Sequence record: M16226.1 | Origin: a phage | Length of the DNA: 937 nucleotides | Strand: one strand, 5' to 3' | Shown here: piece by piece, positions 1 to 937 of the stretch | Layout of the letters: each line of letters starts with the position of its first letter | Numbering within the stretch: position 1 is the stretch's first letter | Translations under genes and position numbers: made by a program | Notes under the pieces: generated by a model | The model's input: only the letters and a program-made list of their open reading frames with translations | Database searches by the model: none | Told to the model about the DNA's origin: nothing

Positions 1-14
1 CCCGAGGGGGATTT

Positions 15-128
15 ATGAAACGATGGTTTAATCACTGGTATAAACGGTTTTTAGTACGGCATCGCAAGTCTAGACAGCAAGATGATTGGCGGGAAATGGC
101 AAAGCGTAACAATTGCCCACTTCTCTGA
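15..128 (+). CDS. Short ORF encoding a 37-aa strongly basic peptide (MKRWFNHWYKRFLVRHRKSRQQDDWREMAKRNNCPLL); alternatively the C-terminal end of a longer CDS that begins upstream of the window
   Basis: ATG at 15-17 is preceded by a purine-rich Shine-Dalgarno-like GAGGGGG (4-10) with a short spacer; TGA stop at 126-128; a strand-specific intrinsic terminator follows 7 nt later. The frame has no stop between position 3 and the ATG, so an upstream start cannot be excluded. Absent from the supplied ORF track, presumably below its length cutoff. No homolog recognised from memory. Confidence 0.3.
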   Translation: MKRWFNHWYKRFLVRHRKSRQQDDWREMAKRNNCPLL

Positions 129-134
129 TAACCG

Positions 135-157
135 ACGGGGATCAGCTCCCCGTTTTT
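135..157 (+). terminator. Rho-independent (intrinsic) terminator
   Basis: Perfect 7-bp GC-rich stem ACGGGGA (135-141) / TCCCCGT (147-153) with 5-nt loop TCAGC, immediately followed by a T run (153-157). The reverse complement has no downstream U-tract, so it is + strand specific. It sits just after the stop of the 15-128 ORF. Confidence 0.55.
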
Positions 158-269
158 CACGCCTCCAGTTAAATCCCCCTTTGTTTTAGTATCCCCATCA
201 AAATTAAACGCGTTAGAATGCGATCTAGGACGTTTTAGGCATATATTAGAATTATTCACTGCGTAGGAA

Positions 270-289
270 TACTGTATAAATATACAGTA
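270..289. promoter_or_regulatory. LexA (SOS) box, CTGT-N8-ACAG type
   Basis: TACTGTATAAATATACAGTA matches 19 of 20 positions of the E. coli-type LexA consensus TACTGTATATATATACAGTA, with both CTGT (272-275) and ACAG (284-287) arms intact and an AT-only spacer. A -10-like TATAAA lies inside the box (275-280), but no convincing -35 was found on either strand, so the regulated transcript is not identified. Confidence 0.6.
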
Positions 290-297
290 GGATAACC

Positions 298-319
298 TGG
301 GGATAAGTCTGTTGATAAC
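298..319 (-). promoter_or_regulatory. DnaA box doublet (module copy 1)
   Basis: TGGGGATAA (298-306) and TGTTGATAA (310-318) each match 8 of 9 positions of the reverse complement of the DnaA box TTATCCACA. Start-to-start spacing is 12 bp. The 22-mer TGGGGATAAGTCTGTTGATAAC is repeated at 359-380 with 3 differences. Confidence 0.5.
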
Positions 320-358
320 GCTTCAAAATGGCTAGGATTTTGTCAAGGCGAATCGTGC

Positions 359-380
359 TGTTGATAAGTCTGTGGATAAC
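359..380 (-). promoter_or_regulatory. DnaA box doublet (module copy 2) including one perfect DnaA box
   Basis: TGTTGATAA (359-367, 8/9) and TGTGGATAA (371-379, 9/9, i.e. a perfect TTATCCACA on the - strand), again 12 bp apart. Second copy of the 22-bp module at 298-319. Confidence 0.6.
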
Positions 381-403
381 TTAAATAACAGTGTTTCTCA
401 CTT

Positions 404-515
404 CCGTTTTTAAATACGAATCATTATCATTCGTATTCCGCTTTTAAATGAGAATCATTATCATTTGCATTTCACTTTTTAAATGAGATTGATTCTCATT
501 ATCATTCGCATTCAG
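404..515. repeat. Three tandem ~35-bp AT-rich direct repeats; candidate DNA-unwinding element
   Basis: The unit is approximately CG(C)TTTTAAAT-RMG-AATCATTATCATT-YGYATTYC. The TTTTAAAT cores end at 415, 449 and 484 (periods 34 and 35 bp); the ATCATTATCATT cores are at 420-431, 454-465 and 496-506 (copy 3 has a ~6-bp insertion). Each core matches the Fur-box 19-mer GATAATGATAATCATTATC at 13-15 of 19 positions. Confidence 0.6.
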
Positions 516-519
516 GCGA

Positions 520-537
520 GCAGGGCAATTGCCCTGC
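520..537. other. Perfect 18-bp palindrome GCAGGGCAATTGCCCTGC; candidate operator for a dimeric DNA-binding protein, or hairpin/terminator
   Basis: Exactly self-complementary over 18 bp, centred on CAATTG. On the + strand it could form a 7-bp GC-rich stem with a 4-nt loop followed by GCTTTTG (a weak T-tract). It lies exactly between the AT-rich repeats and the first 15-mer direct repeat. Confidence 0.45.
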
Positions 538-542
538 GCTTT

Positions 543-766
543 TGTGCAAATCCGACATTTGCCCCCATGGATTACGCGTGGGCGTGTATGTGCAAATCCG
601 ACAATTTTTGGTAGTGTGCGAATCCGACCCGAAAAATTTTTATAGTGTGCAAATCCGACAATGAATTTTCCCAAAAACTCCAGCAATCACGAACTGCGTT
701 CGAATCCTGTGGAATTAGCTAGAGTATGTGCAAATCCGACATGTGTTGAGATGTGCGAATTCGACA
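543..766 (+). repeat. Array of six 15-bp direct repeats (iteron-like), consensus TGTGCAAATCCGACA
   Basis: Four exact copies at 543-557, 589-603, 646-660 and 727-741; variants TGTGCGAATCCGACC at 615-629 and TGTGCGAATTCGACA at 752-766; a degenerate copy around 694-710. All are in the same orientation. Start spacings are 46, 26, 31, 81 and 25 bp. Most copies are followed by a short T/A tract. Confidence 0.6.
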
Positions 767-894
767 AGATTTTTGTGACTTCGATGGGAGGGTGTGTGAT
801 TGTATGGGTTTGAGGGGAAGATGAGAGAGCGAGAGAAATTTGGGAGGCTAGAAGGATATGGGCGCAGGATTGGTGCGGAGACGATTTGCGGGGA

Positions 895-934
895 TTTTGG
901 GGAAGAGTTGAGATAATTTGGGGAAGATTTGAGT
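895..934 (+). repeat. Second direct-repeat family TTTGGGGAAGA-K-TTGAG (two copies, 21-bp period) within a purine-rich, C-depleted tract
   Basis: TTTGGGGAAGA occurs at 896-906 and 917-927, each followed by (G/T)TTGAG. Related degenerate copies are TTTGAGGGGAAGA (809-821) and TTTGGGAGGCTAGAAGGA (839-856). The array reaches the window edge and may continue beyond it. Confidence 0.45.
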
Positions 935-937
935 AGG

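Larger units (their letters stand above)
290..770. other. Putative iteron-type replication origin (oriV-like) or replication-control region
   Basis: Ordered arrangement of DnaA boxes, AT-rich tandem repeats, a palindrome and a direct-repeat array, with no credible CDS. Assigned by analogy with the architecture of known iteron replicons; no sequence identity to a specific replicon was established. Confidence 0.45.

Noticed and set aside
6-179. 10-bp inverted repeat GGGGGATTTA (6-15) and its reverse complement (170-179) flanking the small ORF and terminator
   Set aside because: A single 10-bp inverted match in a window this size is close to chance expectation, with no target-site duplication or other transposon hallmark. 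Not called as a mobile element.
32-259. Supplied 75-aa ORF on the - strand
   Set aside because: It starts at GTG with no Shine-Dalgarno-like sequence upstream, lies antisense to the better-supported small ORF and terminator, and has an odd composition with no recognisable motif. The LexA box ends only 10 bp upstream of its start, leaving no room for a normal leader. Most likely a chance open frame.
240-300. Sigma70 promoter overlapping the LexA box
   Set aside because: A -10-like TATAAA (275-280) and TAGAAT (247-252) are present, but I could not find a -35 at proper spacing on either strand. Transcript start and direction remain unassigned.
328-384. 18-codon + strand ORF (MARILSRRIVLLISLWIT) overlapping the second DnaA-box module
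   Set aside because: No ribosome-binding site, and it lies entirely within protein-binding repeats. Chance ORF.
444-686. Supplied 80-aa ORF on the - strand
   Set aside because: It starts at TTG and is a translation straight through the iterons and AT-rich repeats; the repeated peptide IVGFAH is just the 15-mer repeat read in frame. Composition is not protein-like. Considered an artefact of repeat DNA.
694-710. tRNA T-loop-like GTTCGAATCC
   Set aside because: Flanking bases cannot form a T-stem and no acceptor, D or anticodon arms are present. It is a degenerate copy of the 15-mer iteron (TGCGAATCC core) with an inserted T.
543-766. Possible CRISPR array
   Set aside because: Repeats are only 15 bp, the spacers are of very unequal length (about 10 to 66 bp) and partly repeat-related, and the repeat has no palindromic core. 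It does not fit CRISPR architecture.
800-916. Short + strand ORFs in the purine-rich tract (for example ATG 821 to TAA 916, 31 aa)
   Set aside because: The Shine-Dalgarno-like GAGGGG is only 3 nt from the ATG, the sequence is repeat-derived, and all frames are interrupted by stops. Not credible as coding.
786-923. G-quadruplex potential of the G runs
   Set aside because: Several G3-4 runs exist but the loops between the best-placed runs (for example 903-919) are too long for a canonical intramolecular G4. At most a weak, non-canonical candidate.
690-937. Stop-free - strand frame running from the window edge to a TGA at 687-689, continuing in frame with the 444-686 ORF
   Set aside because: The open frame is explained by + strand C-depletion, which removes TCA/CTA/TTA (the - strand stop codons). 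The translation is low-complexity and S/P/T/H/Q-rich and runs through iterons. Iterons can lie inside initiator genes (as in lambda O), so a real CDS entering from beyond 937 cannot be fully excluded without flanking sequence, but nothing here supports it.

Overview
I find no convincing normal-sized protein-coding gene in this window. About 800 bp is densely structured non-coding DNA whose layout resembles the replication-origin / control region of an iteron-type replicon (plasmid, phage or genomic island); the LexA-box type suggests, but does not prove, a Gammaproteobacteria-type host. All assignments rest on motif recognition by eye, since no search could be run. In + strand order: (1) a short basic ORF at 15-128, possibly the tail of a gene starting upstream, with a Shine-Dalgarno-like sequence and an intrinsic terminator at 135-157; (2) a near-consensus LexA (SOS) box at 270-289; (3) a duplicated 22-bp module carrying four same-orientation DnaA boxes (298-319 and 359-380, one a perfect TTATCCACA on the - strand); (4) three tandem ~35-bp AT-rich repeats with Fur-box-like cores (404-515); (5) a perfect 18-bp palindrome (520-537); (6) six direct copies of the 15-mer TGTGCAAATCCGACA (543-766), iteron-like; (7) a purine-rich, almost C-free tract with a second direct-repeat family that runs off the window edge (771-937). 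Both ORFs in the supplied track look like artefacts of translating this repeat DNA. No initiator (Rep) gene is visible in the window.
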